64,000 nucleotides of DNA from Takakia lepidozioides (taxonomy: Eukaryota > Plantae > Bryophyta): the NCBI GenBank assembly GCA_030704615.1, contig CM060734.1:6572001-6636000 (forward strand), in the 5' to 3' direction. Both the position numbers and the translations under genes were made by a program. Shown here in pieces: positions 23,201 through 36,409 of this stretch. The stretch's first letter is position 1. Every line of letters begins with the position of its first letter. The notes below the pieces were generated by a model, which did no database searches, was not told the origin of the DNA, and saw only the letters and a program-made list of their open reading frames with translations.

Positions 23201-24867
23201 ATGGGGAGAGCAGGAAGGGTGGCGCCACGCACGTGCTCAACACTGGAGTTGAACCACACTTCCTCGATGACACTTACACTTGCGCCTCCCCTTTGCAAGT
23301 CATCTTGTCCACCATCTCCTGCCCCCGTGCAGCCACAGCCTGCCAGTGCGACCTCTCTTCAGCAGGCATGGCCGCAAGATGTTTTACAGGTCGTGCAGCA
23401 GCAGCTGACCTTGCTGCGCTCGCATTCTGGTGCCGATATCGAGGCCATGTCCCGTAAGCGAGGCTTCGAAGTTACAGACGTGTGTAAAACCATGGAGGTG
23501 CGCGAGGCCAGCGGCGGGTTTGAGGTGGAGCTCCAAGCCCAGCCTGCTTTGCCGGAGGATTGGGAACAGTTTCTGGACCTCAAGGTTTGTTTCTTCGCAT
23601 ATAATGTACTTGTCAAAAGCAGGAGTGAATAGCAGCAGGTTGGCCCCTACTCAGATCACGGGCCTTTACACCGCAATTTGAGCTCCATGTTTATGATAGT
23701 CTTTCTGCTTCTCTACTTTGAAGCTGCGGGCCGTCATCCGTGTAGCTGGCTAGGCTTTACATACAAGCATTGTAATGTATTGGTGGAATAAGCACCGCAA
23801 TGACGTGGTCTACATCTGAGAACTACATTGAGGAAATCTGACGGGGTGCATTGTAGTATCTATGGTTTGAGCGAGTAGGGTACTAACACAGGAATCCCCT
23901 AATCACTCTGGATAGCACAATGCAAGAAGCAAACCCAACGCGTCCTTAGATTGACCGGGAAGGTGTGAGACAGCATTCTTTTCGGTTTCCTACCTCTTAT
24001 TGTTTTTTCTTGTTCTTGGTGCCTTAGTGACGGTCTGTTCTCTGTTCTCTCTGTATTTGTTGCTTGTACTGTGGCTTATGTTTCTTCTCTGATAAGTTCT
24101 TGACCTCATATCTTGCATTGTATGTGGCATTTTCAATATCTTTGGTAACCTCTCAATTGTGAGCTCAAAATTTTCTACGCTCTCTTGATATAGCCTGAGC
24201 ACTTCACTGATCCTAGATTTCCTCATGAAGTGGGGTTATCTGGAAGTCCATGATGCCCAAGGATGTGCCTGAAAACGAGAGAGATCCTGTCGCGGGAGTA
24301 TTACGTTGTCAGTGTCAGATCGCAAGCTGGATTGTTTTTAGAGATTTAAAAGATGATGCAAAGAATTGCAGATGGGCTCTTAACAATATCTGGTGTCTGC
24401 AGACCGGTCAGTTATATTACTTCCATTGGAGTACTTGCAAACGAGCACGGCAAGACCCTCGAGAGCTGCTGCGCCGTGCTGAAGAGTGTGTGCAAGCGCA
24501 CCTTCTACTGGCCCACACTCGGATGGTCTCTGGTCCAGAATCACGGCTTTCCTCAATGCCAGTGGAGGTAGTTAGTTCCGATCAAAGTGCCTCAGCTCAA
24601 TCAACAGACACGGAGCAATGTGAGACAACTGGGTGCCATGACAGAGGCGTGCAAGAGGCAGACTTCCTAGACACCTACAGCAGATCATCAGCAAAAATTA
24701 ATGTGTGTGGTGGGAGAGAGGACTGCGGTGGAGAAAAGGGCAGGGAAGGGGTGATGGTGGCTCTGGGATGCCGCAGCTGCTCCATGTTTGTAATGTTGTC
24801 GCGCAGAGCACCTGCATGCCCCAGCTGTGGGGTTCACTTGCATCCTGACCATGACAGGATTGGATAG
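23201..24867 (+). CDS. CURLY FLAG LEAF1-like WW-domain protein with C-terminal CxxC...CxxC zinc ribbon; exons 23201(or 23447)-23584 and 24403-24867
   Basis: Phase-0 GT-AG intron 23585-24402 joins LPEDWEQFLDLK to TGQLYYFHWST...DPR (WW domain). C-terminal MVALGCRSCSMFVMLSRRAPACPSCG. Start codon uncertain. Confidence 0.85.
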
Positions 24868-25854
24868 GGGCACTCCATGAGGGTGTATAGGCCTTGCTTA
24901 GTGTCATTGTCAGGAAAAAGACAATGACAATGACTCTAAGCAATGTTGTGGCAAGTGTGTTGGCTGATACTACTGATGGAGATACAGATTACCAGCGCCC
25001 ATGCCACACCCTTCCCTGACTGCAACAGCACCGTTCATATTTTCTCAGGTGTATCAACCTTGCTTAGGGTCATTGTCAGGAAAAAGACAATGACACTGAC
25101 GTTAAGCAATGTAAGACTGGTTCTGAATGCTTGGGGGAGCCTGCAAGCTAGTTTCTCAGGGTATTTCCTCAGTGTTGGCCAAAGAGGAGGCTGTTACTTA
25201 GGGAGGAATTGCCCTTTAGAGAGAGAAGGGCAGGGCATGCATGATGCGGCTGTCATGTGTCCGTGGCCTTGCAAGTCTATTTGCTTGAAGGTGTTATATT
25301 TTTATGAGAATTTCTGGGCTCGAAGACACCTTGTCTTCAGCATTTGCTACTATGCCTGTGATTACTTGGTTTTGGCTTGTGTTGTGGTTGGTTGTATTTG
25401 AACCATTTCTGTGAGTGCCCAACGAAGAACATTAGCTGCCAAGGAGTGCCACAAGCACACATTTTTATGAGTGTTCAGAAGGTAAGTGTGAGACGTGTAA
25501 GACCTTACACGCATTGACTGTCTTACCCCTGACATCCGCTCTGTACTCTTTTTTCCTGAGCTTTGCCTGCTGAGTTTCCCAGAAATGCGCAGTAAGATTT
25601 GTAAAATGGTGTGAAGTCGAGACTATATTATTTGGAGGGTTAGCAACCCACGCACGTTCCTTCACTGGTTCTCTCCCCTCCCCTCGCCCCTACCCTCTGG
25701 CGGTTGCCTTACCAAGCATAAAGGATATTTTAAAAAGAAATCTCAACTTGCCTCACTGGCAGAGAGTCCCAATACGTAAAGGATTTTGCCTGCCTAGTAC
25801 GGAACATAATGTGTTTGATTAGGACTTGCAAGCCAATGAGATGGCGGCAGACGC

Positions 25855-25945
25855 AATCCTTAATGTACTATGGAATGGGCCGCAACATGCTGCCGAAACC
25901 GCCATAATGGCATGTTGCGGCCCATTCCATAATACATTAAGGATT
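25855..25945. other. Near-perfect 36-bp inverted repeat with 19-nt loop
   Basis: Arms 25855-25890 and 25910-25945 have one mismatch. Confidence 0.9.
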
Positions 25946-28900
25946 TTCGAGGCAGATTAAGGTAGAAACACCCAAATGTGTGCACTTAAGCAGTATGACT
26001 CATAGGGCTCGGTGCAGCAAGGAGGAAATAATATGGTTGGATTAGCAATTCAACGAACAGGACCTCATGTAAATTCCAAAATTTTAGAGGCAAGTGGTCA
26101 ATTGATATGAATTATCAAAAGTGGTGGTACATAATTTCCTATGTCTGTGCAGTAGACCCACCTAATGCTCACCCAAATTATATCTAATCTAAAACCTGCT
26201 CATGCCTCATATGCACAACTTGTGCATCTGAAAACATGCCATGTGTAAGCAATTAATAACCACCTTTAGACCTGCCAATGGCCTGGCCTGACATCTACAA
26301 TGGTATCGTAGGCATGCAAACTCAAAGCAGCAATGGCCTCAAAACTGAACACCTACAGTACGAAGTCTGTCCATGATGGTTCCCAAAAGTCATCAAACAT
26401 GGATGAAATATTAAGCCCCGTAATTGTGTTCTTATCCTTGTTGGAACACAAAGCAATTCATTCCCGCCGCTAATACTCTTTTTTCTCAACCCTAACCTGT
26501 CCATGTGGCGAACGCTATCAAACTCCCGCGCTCCTGTGAACTCCCGCCATCTCCAAAGGCTCTAAGTAAGCTTACCTTCATCTTCCTCGTTGACTTAAAT
26601 TCATCAGTGGTATTGGAGTCTATGGAAAAGGTGTACATGTGGGCATTGCCATTGTTCTTCAAGATGCCGAGTGCCACTTCCACCTTCATCGGTGTGACAA
26701 TTACTCACCATGCAGTTGCTGGCAGGGCTGCGGACTCGCACACGACCTCACACAGCCTCAACCCCCCAGGTTAGATGCTAATATTGGCTACAGCCCGGGC
26801 CTCCAATCCCTCAACCCAAGGTATAATTCTGCGAATTACTTGAACTCCATGTCCCCAGGTACCCTTCTTCTCACCTCATCACTAAATCTCTTGATGCCTC
26901 TGCTGATCTATTCTCCCCAGCTGCCTCACTGCACCCTCACTCATATGTAGTCACCCAAAAACACCACGTGGATTACTTGGATGATCATAGCTAATTCAGG
27001 TTATATTTTACCTTCTTCTGGCTGGCTGTGGAATGGATGGCGCAGACTGCATAACATATTCCTGCACCGTGCCCTCACCGCACTGCCCTCTAGGCTTTAC
27101 ATGCAATATTACCACATCAGGTCAAATACTGTATCTCCCCAACTCTGAACAATGTACTTTCGCCCTTGCTCTCTCCCCTCTGCTGTTGGCCCATAGTACC
27201 TGCAAGGAAACTGTTTCAGTAATCATTCCAGCAATCTGCCCAACTACACCCAACCCCATCCATGACAGGTGCGAGCCCTCCCTTATAACCCTATCCTCCC
27301 ATGCCCCCTCATAGGGATGGCTCTGTACCACTTCGTGCCCTCTCCCCCCAATGCTATCTTTCCCCTACTCTAGGTACTTCCCCTGGCCCACATCTAACCT
27401 ATTACACTTCTTATGACACCCATTATGCGATTCTTCTCCCCCCCAGCAAGCTCATCTCAAGATACAGACTGATATCTGCTAAGGGACTGCTACCCCCACT
27501 TACTGTAATCAAAGACCGTCCATGACTCAGGCAGCTACAGCCTTGTCTGCTGCACCAACAGAGCTGTCACTCCCTGTTATGCTCAGTATACAGACATGTC
27601 AAAAAATGTTGTACCCACCCACCGAGTTGGATTACTATTTCTTGTTTTCTGTCTTGTCAAAACACTTGTCCTATTTCAAGTAACTTGCATAACACTATGG
27701 GGTGCTGGATGACTTGCTCCCCAGCCCCCAACCACAACCATGTATCAATTGCCAACATTATTTCACTACTTTGTAACCATGATTCACTACGCCACACTTC
27801 TTTGTGCTGGCACCAAACATTCTGATTCTCTTGCTACCCTTATGGGCCCCCTCCACTCCAACGATTGGCCACCATTACTCTCCAGAACCCATACACAAAA
27901 TTCTCAGAACTACGATCCAACAAGGTACTCCGCTCTCTCCCTATATTACTGCTCGTTGGACACACTATCATTTATAAACCTAACCTCCCTCACCCCAGGG
28001 GGTACCAACCATGACAATTGCAGATGTTATATTGTGACAGCCAACCAAGTATGTACCTGCTCCTCACACCACACCAAGCAATTGGCACTCCGTGCCACCA
28101 TTCCCACCCCCATACCTGCCGCGGCCACCTGCATGCACAAACCAGCAGATCCGCCATACAATTTGATAACAGCTACCCTCTCAATTCACTGCCCACCATG
28201 GAACTTAAAATTAAAAAAACGTGGATTTCATCCCTGTGCATAATTCGCCCACTAGGGCCGTCCCCACCACCCTGCAGCACATATATACCTAATTACTCAG
28301 CAGTTTGGCCCAGCCTATACAGTAACTATATACGACTACATGATTATACCCCTCACATGATGTCCAAAAACCCCAACCCCCTGGCCAAAACCCACACTAG
28401 GCACACTTTTAGTTCTCATCATACTCTGGTCCCCCCCTTTACACTATTCTTATGCCACAATCAACCCTCCCAGCCCCCATGCAGCCAAATTAATGACACT
28501 ACCTTAAACCCTGCTTCACATCCCATTACCCGGCTGCAGCCATATTGCACCCAAGCCAATCAGGATCACCCTCACGTTACACTTAACCTCATAAACAACA
28601 CTTACAGGCTTTGTCCCCCAATTGCCATAATCCCCTAGTCACACACCATACACTCTCTTTATTGGGCATAGCACCACTCCTCCCCCCCACACGAATGCTG
28701 TTTCTCCAGTTCAACATGCCTGCCAATGTCCACACACCACCTTGCCCCCGGATTAATTCCCATCAGACCCCTTCCCATGCAGAATTAGCACAACCGCTGC
28801 TCTTGTACTACCTGATAACTACCTTACATAAAGCACTGGACTGCCCATGCTGGCACTACAGTAAAGGCCATTCCACCACCGTCGTTACAAACTCCCTGCT

Positions 28901-29849
28901 ACGACAAGTATGCACTCCAAAGGGATTTGCCACCACTACAAAACACCCTGGGATTTTCTTTGACGATTTTTTCAACTGCTGTCACTTTCGACTGTTTGAT
29001 TGACTGCCTAGCTAAAAATAATATTAAAATATTAGACAGTGTGAAAGGGTTTCACTGTGTCAGTGCCATAATTACAGATATAGTGAAAGATATTCACTGC
29101 CTTGTTTCACTGGACTGACACAACCATGCAAGAACTGACACGTGTATCTGCAACACATAAATATATTTATATTTATAGAGATAAGTAAGTAGTAGAAAGT
29201 TTGACTATGGTTACACTGGAATTTCACTGATATGGCGTCTGTTGGTTAGGGATAGTCAAATACAACAAATACATTACCGGCAGTAGTTAGTTGTAATAAA
29301 CTGACACTGAAACTCATTCAAAGATGCATTTTGGATGAATGGATGAAATAAAAATGGATAGATGGACCAAAAAATGGAAAAACAAATGGATGGATGAATG
29401 TTGCATAGATTGATGGAAAACCCAAAATCCATCCATCTATCGCTACAATTCATCCACGCAGATGGCTGGTACTTAGCGTAGTTGAAGCACCTATTTCATG
29501 AGTTGTGAATCTGCTTTGATGCCACCAAAGCTGCGTACTACCCCTTCACAGGGGAATATGACTTTTTAAGTTGGTCATTGTATTTTGAGAGCAGAGCAGA
29601 GCAGTGTTCTGCGGATCGATGGAGGCTTTGGAGACCTATGAGCGGATGCAGTGCGAGGGATAGACGAGAGAAGAGAGACAGAGAGCAGGGAGGGGTGGGA
29701 GGCGAGTGATCATTGAGTAGCGAGAGATCCCTGTGGTGTTGTTTCAAATGATAGCTGTGGCTTCTCCTGCGGTGATCCACCCTTTGTCTTCTCTGCCAGC
29801 GCAAGAAAAGAATGCCTCCTCCAGTTCCTCTTTTATTCCGACTGAAACC

Positions 29850-30657
29850 CTAGAGTGGAAGCCCGACTAGCAGCTCTTTTGATGGAAAGCAAGGAGTACT
29901 CGGAGGCGTAGTCTTTGCTAATGAATCTGGTGCGGGAGGTATGGCGGCTCAACGACAAGCTCCTATTTGTCGACATTGATATACTGGAATGTAAGTTGCA
30001 TTTCTCTCTGTAATCAGACGGGAGACTGGGTTGTTGCCAAGGCGCTTAAGCAACTTGCTGAAGGCAAAAGCAGCCCTTACAGCAGCACGGACGGTGGCCA
30101 ACGCCATCTACGTCCCCCTGTGTAGTAAGGCACAATTGATCTGCAGAGCGGAATTTTACATGTAGAAGAAAAGGATTACAAGACCGGATTCTGCTATTTT
30201 TTTGAAGCTTGTCAAGCATTCAATGCATTGGACGACCCCGTTGCTGTCGTGCAAGATCATGAAGAACCAGGCTGATGATGTCGGAAGCCTCATCTCGTCA
30301 AAGGCTGGATTGAAGTATATAGGTCAGTAGAATTGATTCTGTGCGAGCTATCTTACTTAGGTTTTTTGCCATCGCACCATATGGAGAAATTGTGGCTGCA
30401 GGTTTATTATTCATTGCTCACTTGGCATTACCCTAATCACATTCTTAGAGTCTCGAAGAAGGGAGATCCCAGTACTCCTCAAGCATTTGCAACAGTCCAT
30501 GAAGCACTTGGAGAAGAAACTCTCGCAATTGATTCTTGACAAGAAGTTTGCTGGGACTCTGGATCAAAGGGCTAGATGTCTTATAATTTTTGAAGATGTG
30601 AAACCTGATGGTATCTACCCATCCACCCTAGAAACCATATCCAATATCAGTAAGGTT
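29850..30657 (+). pseudogene. RPN6: 26S proteasome lid subunit RPN6 (PSMD11) fragments, internally deleted
   Basis: RVEARLAALLMESKEY...DKLLFVDIDILECKLHFSL; KAKAALTAARTVANAIYVP; IDLQSGILHVEEKDYKT; EKKLSQLILDKKFAGTLDQ...CLIIFED. Stops and frameshifts present. Confidence 0.9.
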
Positions 30658-31479
30658 GATAGAGTGTGGGTCCAGATTCATCCAAGAGGGCCGGAGTTCA
30701 AGCTCCAGATTACCTATGATTCCATGTGGAAGGGTAGGTACAAGAAACCTACATGGGTAGATGGTCAACTGGAAGTCACAGCAGCAGCGGCACAATTGAT
30801 AAAATCAGGCACTGCTAATGAAGGCACCTTCTTCAACACATTTCACCCTGTTTTTCCCTCTTATCAGAATCGGCCCTAAATTTCATGTTGAATTCTGCAA
30901 GTTAGCTGGTTGAGTGAACCTTTGATAGTTTGGAGTGACTTTGACATGATACTATTGCCAATGTGACAACAGGGAAGTATCCAGAAACAGGTAACAGAGA
31001 CGAGGAGAAGCTGTGGAATGAATACTTTTCTGACCCCAGTCAATGGTGGGACAATCGAGGCAAAAAGGTGAATGTCTGTTGATTACAGAGACAAGCAGAT
31101 CGCAATTGAACATAGGAACTAGTGTGATAAGTTGAGTTGGGTGTTTCCTAGAACAAATCTAGGCTGTCATTGTCAGCTACTAGCTCAGCAAGGCAAGGAT
31201 GTATGCATGATTTGTGCAGAGGCATGGATAGCTGAAGGAGCAGGGATAGAGTGTGGGTCCAGATTCATCCAAGAGGGTCGGACTTCAAGCTCCGATTACC
31301 TATGATTCCATGTGGATCAATAGCTACAAGAAACCTGCATGGGTAGATGGTCAACTAAAGGCAGCAGCTGCAGCGGCACAGTTGATAATTCAGGCACCTC
31401 AACCATGACCACAGCTTCTGAAAGAGGATCAAGAGAGGGAGTCCACAATGCCTCTTCGGCTGGGCATGTGAAGATGCTT

Positions 31480-32120
31480 TGTGAGGCAGGCAGACTGACA
31501 GAGGCTCTACAGACTTTAAACCAAGGAGGCATTTCTGCAAATTCAGATACGTATGTCTGTCTCTTGCTTAAGTGCATCAAGATGAAAGGTCTGGAAGCTG
31601 GAAGCAGGTGCACACTCACATTATCCAAAGTGGATTCACGCCAAATGTTTTTCTACTCAACACCCTTGTCAACATGTATGTCAAGTGCGGGAGCATCATG
31701 GATGCTCGTAAAGTTTTCAACAGAATGTCTCAACGATCTTTGATCACGTGGAATATAATGTTGGCAGGATTTACCAAGCATGGGTGTGGTAGGAATGCTT
31801 TGGAGACCTATGAGCAAATGCTGCGCGAAGGGGTGAAGCCCAACCACATCACGTTTGTTTGTGTTTGTAATGTGTGTGCAAGCCTGGGACCTCTGGAAAA
31901 GGGGAAAGAGGTCCATGGTGACATCCTCAAAGCTGGAATTGTACCAGATGTCATTCTGAACACTGCCTTGGTGGACATGTATGCCAAATGTGGGTGCATT
32001 AAGGATGCAAAGGGAGTTTTCAACATTATGGCTGAACGAGATGTGGTGTCATGGAACGCGATGCTTGCAGGGTATGCACAGCAGGACAGGTATGGAGGCT
32101 TTGGAAATCTATGATCAAAT
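31480..32120 (+). pseudogene. PLS-class PPR fragment
   Basis: NTLVNMYVKCGSIMDARKVFNRM...TWNIMLAGF...NTALVDMYAKCGCIKDAKGVF...DVVSWNAMLAGY. Frameshifted at the 5' end and truncated. Confidence 0.9.
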
Positions 32121-33601
32121 GATGGAGGAGGGGGCACCTTAATCTTCAATAGCACAGCGGCTACAAGTGGGTAGGTGGTCAACTGGAAACAGCAATAGCA
32201 GCAGCACAATTGATAGAACAAGGCACTGCTAATGAAGGTATCTTCTTCAACATATTTCATCCTGTTTTCCCCTGCTATTAGAGTCGTCCCTAAATTTTCA
32301 TGTTGAATTCTGCAAGTTAGCTTGTTGGTGGATCTATGGTGGTTTTGGAGTGATTTTGACATGTTACTGCCAATGTGGTCGACAGGAAAGTATCGAAAAA
32401 CAGATAACAGAGACGAGGAGAAGCTATGGAATGAACACGTTTCCGACCCCAGTCAATGGTGCAACAATCGAGGCAAAAGGTGAATGCATGTTGGAAGCAG
32501 ACGCAAGTCAGCATAGGAACTAGTGTTATACGTAGGGTTGGGGTGTTTGCTGGAACAATTCTAGACTGTCATTGTCAGCTGCTTGCAGCAAAGCAAGGAT
32601 CTATGCATGATTTGTGCAGAGGCATGGATAGCTGAAGGAGCAGAGATAGAGTGTGGGTCCAAATTCATCTATGGGTAGATGGTCAACTGGAAGCCTATGC
32701 AGCAGCGGCACAATTGTTAAAATCAGGCATTACAAATGAAGGCACCTTCTTCAACACATTTCACCCTGTTTTTATCAGAATCGGCCCTAAATTTTCATGT
32801 TGAATTCTGCGAGTTAGCTAGTTCAGTGAATCTTTGATAGTTTGGAGTGACTTTGACATGATACTGCCAATGTGACAACAGGAAAGTATCCAAAAACAGA
32901 TAACACTGACAAGGAGAAGCTGTGGAATGAATACTTTTCTGACCCCAGTCAATGCAGGGACAATCGAGGCAAAAAGGTGAATGCCTGTTGGATTACAGAG
33001 AGTAGCAGATGCAATTGAGCATATGAACTAGTGTGATGAGTGAGTTGGGTGTTTCCTAGAACAAATGTAGGCTGTCATTGTCAGCTGCTAGCAGCATGGC
33101 AAGGATGTATGCATGATTTGTGCAGAGCATGGATAGCTGAAGGAGCAGGGATAGAGTTTGGGTCCAGATTCATCCAAGAAATGTAGTGGGAATGCAGATT
33201 TTGGTGCTGGCGGTGCTGCATCGCCACAGAAACCTACATTTAAGATTCTCTTTTATGACATGTATAGCAGGGGCAGGGCAATGGGTTGAGACTTAGAGAC
33301 CTATGAGTAAATGGTGCAGGAAGGGAAGGGGTGTTCAGCCCAACCACTGCATGATGTTTGGTTGCATCTACAATGCTTTGCAGATTCAGATACTTATGCA
33401 TGTCTCTTGCATATTAAGTGCATGAAGATGACAGGCACGGAAGCTGGAAATTAGCAGCAGCATGCCCACTGTCCCTTTTCTTTATTATTAAAAAAAACTG
33501 TTTTGAGCTATCCAAATGTTTTTGGTACCTACGTTGCATTTGTATCATATGTTTTCTTGTATTCGAAGTGTATTTTCAGTGAAGTGCAGCGAATCAAAAC
33601 C

Positions 33602-33723
33602 TATATATATGTATATATATATAACCCTAAACATTAAACCAAATCAAAACCTACACCACTCGAAACCAATATATATGTATATATATGTATATAATTGATT
33701 ATATATATGTATATATATATATA
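33602..33723. repeat. Interrupted (TA)n microsatellites
   Basis: Directly visible. Confidence 0.85.
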
Positions 33724-34352
33724 CCATAGTGAAACATATTTATTAAAACACTAGCATTTTCACTGATTCACAGTAAAACCTTGCACTATGCACAGCTAAT
33801 AATTTCACTATATATTCATCCAAAAGTCAGTTGATCTACTTTACTGTAGTTAAACAACTTTACTCCATGTCATACATCCTCCAAGGTCGGGTGGGTCCCA
33901 CTGTTTCACTGTCAGAACCTGGCACCTCGGTTTGACTACTTGACAGAAATGACTCAACCATTGTCACTAGGTGTCAGAGTTGTTTGACTGTAGAGGGTGA
34001 TAGTAAAAGTGTCACAAACAACTCAAAAACGAGTCAAATAGAAAGTCGAAAAACCCGAGGTCTGTTGTAGTGCGCCAAACTACTCCATGTTAATCGTCTC
34101 AGCAACAGATCCTCACTTACTCCTCTTTTCTACATCTCCCCACTCCCCCCCGCCCCCAACTCCCACACTGTTGTCTCTCCCGCTTCACTTCGTCCTTCCA
34201 ACGTACTTCCACGCATGTCTAGTACTAAATCGGGTAGCATCCAGAAACGAGGCGGGAGTATCCACAAATAGTACCCTTGTTCAACAGACAAGGCAGCACG
34301 TAGAAAGTACGCTTCCACTTTCTCTCTCCTAGCTCAACAGCTTACGGCCAAA

Positions 34353-35370
34353 ATGAGCCACCACGAGGAAGGCACTACTAAGGCGAATCAAGTCGAGGAG
34401 GATGCAGGTGTCAGCAACATGCACATGTCAGACGAGCATTTCTTCATCGATGAGCAGGTGTTCCAAACCAAGTCCTCATAGGACCTGACAAAGACCACCA
34501 ACGATCATACAAGATCATCCCAGAGAAAAAAATCTTTTGTGATAGGCAATTCTCCTGCCCAGCAAAGGGCTCTCCAGCCTGCAGCTGCCAACATGGTAGC
34601 AGGAATTATGAATACCAGCCCTAGCCTCAAACGACCCTCTAGCATGCTCAATAATAACGAGGGCAACTCACATTCCGATCCAAAGAAGTCTCGGGGCCCC
34701 TCCCCAATGGACACACAGCCGATTCTATAATTCACCAGCGCTCAACCTTCACTGCAGCTGTGGATGGGCTACCAGATGCTCCAACAGCATGCGCTCGACA
34801 CAGAGTTACCAATAGTCACAAAGATGCATTCCACAGCGGAGCTCCAACAGCTTGGCCTTCGGGCTTCACAAATTCATGAACTAAGGTACTGCCTGAAAGC
34901 ATTTCCCCATGTTCCACAGTTGTACTTCCCTGCCACTAGACCTGATGGGCAAGATGGGCAGTTCTACCCTCTTATCAAGCTCCCCAAGTGTCGCGCACCT
35001 CATTTTGGTAACTCCCCCTTTAAGTCATAGTTACTCGCTTTGATGCACGCGCCTAACTCCCAAACCGGCCGCCTGGCCAACTCGGAGCTTCGGCTGCTCA
35101 CCGGGGCATAACGGTCCCCCTTCCTCCTCCATGAGACCCTCCACCACTTTGGGCCTAGTAGAAATTCCCTTTGGTAGTTGGCAGTCCGGAATAGCTCCCC
35201 ACACCTTGGTCACTTTCCGGTTCGCACCTTACTCACTAGCTTTTGGTCACCAATGGGCTTGCACCGTTCTCGGGGTTACTACTCCTTATATATACTTCTG
35301 TAGGTGTCCGCGGGGGTTCCACAAACAGCCAAGTCCAAATCTGGTGCACCATCACCTCGACTCTTGACTC
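34353..35370 (+). pseudogene. Degenerate long ORF of unknown (probably TE) origin, cut by the LTR at 35373
   Basis: One frame runs from ATG 34353 through ORFs 34539-34730 and 34764-35030 with isolated stops. No family recognised. Confidence 0.3.
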
Positions 35371-35372
35371 CC

Positions 35373-36250
35373 TGTGATGAGTCGCGGTGAGTCTTGGCCC
35401 ATCCACCACGGCCCCATTAATGGACCGTGGCGAGTCCCAAGACTCCCCACGACTCCCACCACAAGGCCTCAGCCTCATGATGAGTCCTATGTCACCCCCA
35501 CTATGACTCCCTAAGCTACCACCACCCCTCGTGGAGCCCCCACCGCAACCCGGTTTGTGGGGCTCCACCTAGTGAGTGCCTTCGCCTTCTTGAGTGCCTT
35601 CGGCACTCAAGGGTTCTTCAGCCCCTTTTTCTATTTACTGCCGCTGCCCCCACCACAGGGGCAGCCCCTCTTGTGTCCCGACCCTCCGCCCTCAAGGCAA
35701 AGGGCCGCGACACCTTGAGCAAGGGTTCGTCTTGAACCCCTTTTGACTAGGACGATAACCTTGAACCAAACGTGTGCCCCAATCACTACAATTGGGTCCG
35801 CTTTGAGATGCTAGCCTGAGGTACGGGAACACGCCGAAGCCGCACTAAGGCTTCGGCCCAATGTTACACGATTATAGTACGTGAACAGAAGCACGTAGCT
35901 TCCGCGTTAGCCCGTACTACAAGGCAACTCCCTCGGTAGCGCAGTTATAGTACGCACACGCGCCAGGTGCGCACAAGCACGTGAACTCCAAAAGAAGACG
36001 CAAGTTTCATTGCTCCTTAGATGGGAGTCACCCGATTTCGGCACTACGCAAACACACGACTTGTCCAATTTACCTCTTTTGTAAGCTAGCATGCATTCTA
36101 CATACTAGCCTAGCCAACCACGCCATGCATCAACATTCCAGACAAAATATAACACAAAGCATTTGGAAATGATTTCCTTATAAACAAGATTTGTACAACA
36201 CAAGTCTTTGCAATCGGATTCCTAACTAGCTAAACCGGACTAAGCATGCA
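35373..36250 (-). repeat. 3' LTR of the chromovirus (about 880 bp), with PPT at 36251-36261
   Basis: On the minus strand, GGGGGAGGAAA is followed by TGCATG..., and the LTR ends ...CATCACA at 35373. Confidence 0.65.
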
Positions 36251-36409
36251 TTTCCTCCCCCACGATCCAAGGTTGATGTCCCCATCAACGCCTCTTCCGC
36301 TTTTGAGGTCACCCTTCGAAAGTTGCAACCTCCTCGGGTGCGTTTCCCATTTCTGAGGGCCGCACCCAAGTTGCCTCCACTTGATGATAGCCCTTCCATT
36401 TCACGAGAT

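Larger units (their letters stand above)
28934..34072. mobile_element. Non-autonomous Pack-CACTA element carrying host-gene fragments
   Basis: Starts CACTACAAAACACCCTGGGATTTT and ends AAAAACCCGAGGTCTGTTGTAGTG. Flanking triplets cac/cgc (2 of 3 match, compatible with CpG decay). Subterminal ttcactg/tttgact repeats at both ends. Confidence 0.75.

Noticed and set aside
24250-24402. N-terminus of the 205-aa ORF
   Set aside because: It falls in the intron; the WW domain requires splicing from 23584 to 24403.
31572-32114. Functional PPR editing-factor gene
   Set aside because: Frameshifted start, few repeats, no E/DYW end, located inside a Pack-CACTA.
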